NCBI GenBank assembly: GCA_964016885.1
Contig: OZ024763.1
Span: 10,478,001 to 10,542,000 of the forward strand
Length of the DNA stretch: 64,000 nucleotides
From: Eledone cirrhosa
Lineage: Eukaryota
Direction of reading: 5' to 3'
The notes under the pieces are model-generated. The model was not told the origin of the DNA. It did no database searches and worked only from the letters and a program-made list of their open reading frames with translations. Below are positions 63,937 through 64,000 of the stretch, piece by piece. A program made the translations under genes and the position numbers. Every line of letters begins with the position of its first letter. Position 1 is the stretch's first letter.

Positions 63937-64000
63937 GTTTAATGTCCATCTTCCACGCTAGCATGGGTTAGACGGGAGTTGTGCCACTTGAGGCAAGGTT
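63902..64000 (-). mobile_element. LINE/SINE 3' tail (runs off window end)
   Basis: (tca)n + gtccatcttccacgctagcatgggttagacggg. Confidence 0.75.

Overview
Eukaryotic, AT-rich, extremely repeat-dense DNA. The SINE/LINE families and microsatellite load look like a cephalopod (Octopus-type) genome; this is an inference from recalled repeat sequences. No intact protein-coding gene, rRNA, tRNA or CRISPR is supported, and nearly all long ORFs in the track are tandem-repeat artefacts. Roughly 40-45% of the window is mini/microsatellite, with units of 41, 74, 31, 49, 45/48, 39, 42/40, 44, 70, 22, 16/21, 72/60, 5 and 3 bp. Most of the rest is decayed mobile elements: RTE-like LINEs (one family with a PHD-like finger inside RT), Tx1/L1, Dong/R4, Penelope-like, CR1/L2, Gypsy, a CGGBP1/hAT-type transposase, TTAA-flanked MITEs and tRNA-type SINEs. 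Main observations: (1) small unique islands between the repeats, many with minus-strand splice signals, read collinearly as a heavily decayed, intron-containing pseudogene for the C-terminal half of an ABCA-family transporter, spanning at least ~1-50 kb; (2) most large minisatellites are amplified from inside transposon remnants; (3) two copies of one RTE family show twin-priming-type 5' inversions; (4) there are several minimal hammerhead ribozyme motifs and perfect or near-perfect palindromes. All protein similarities were judged by eye against remembered sequences and need confirmation by search.
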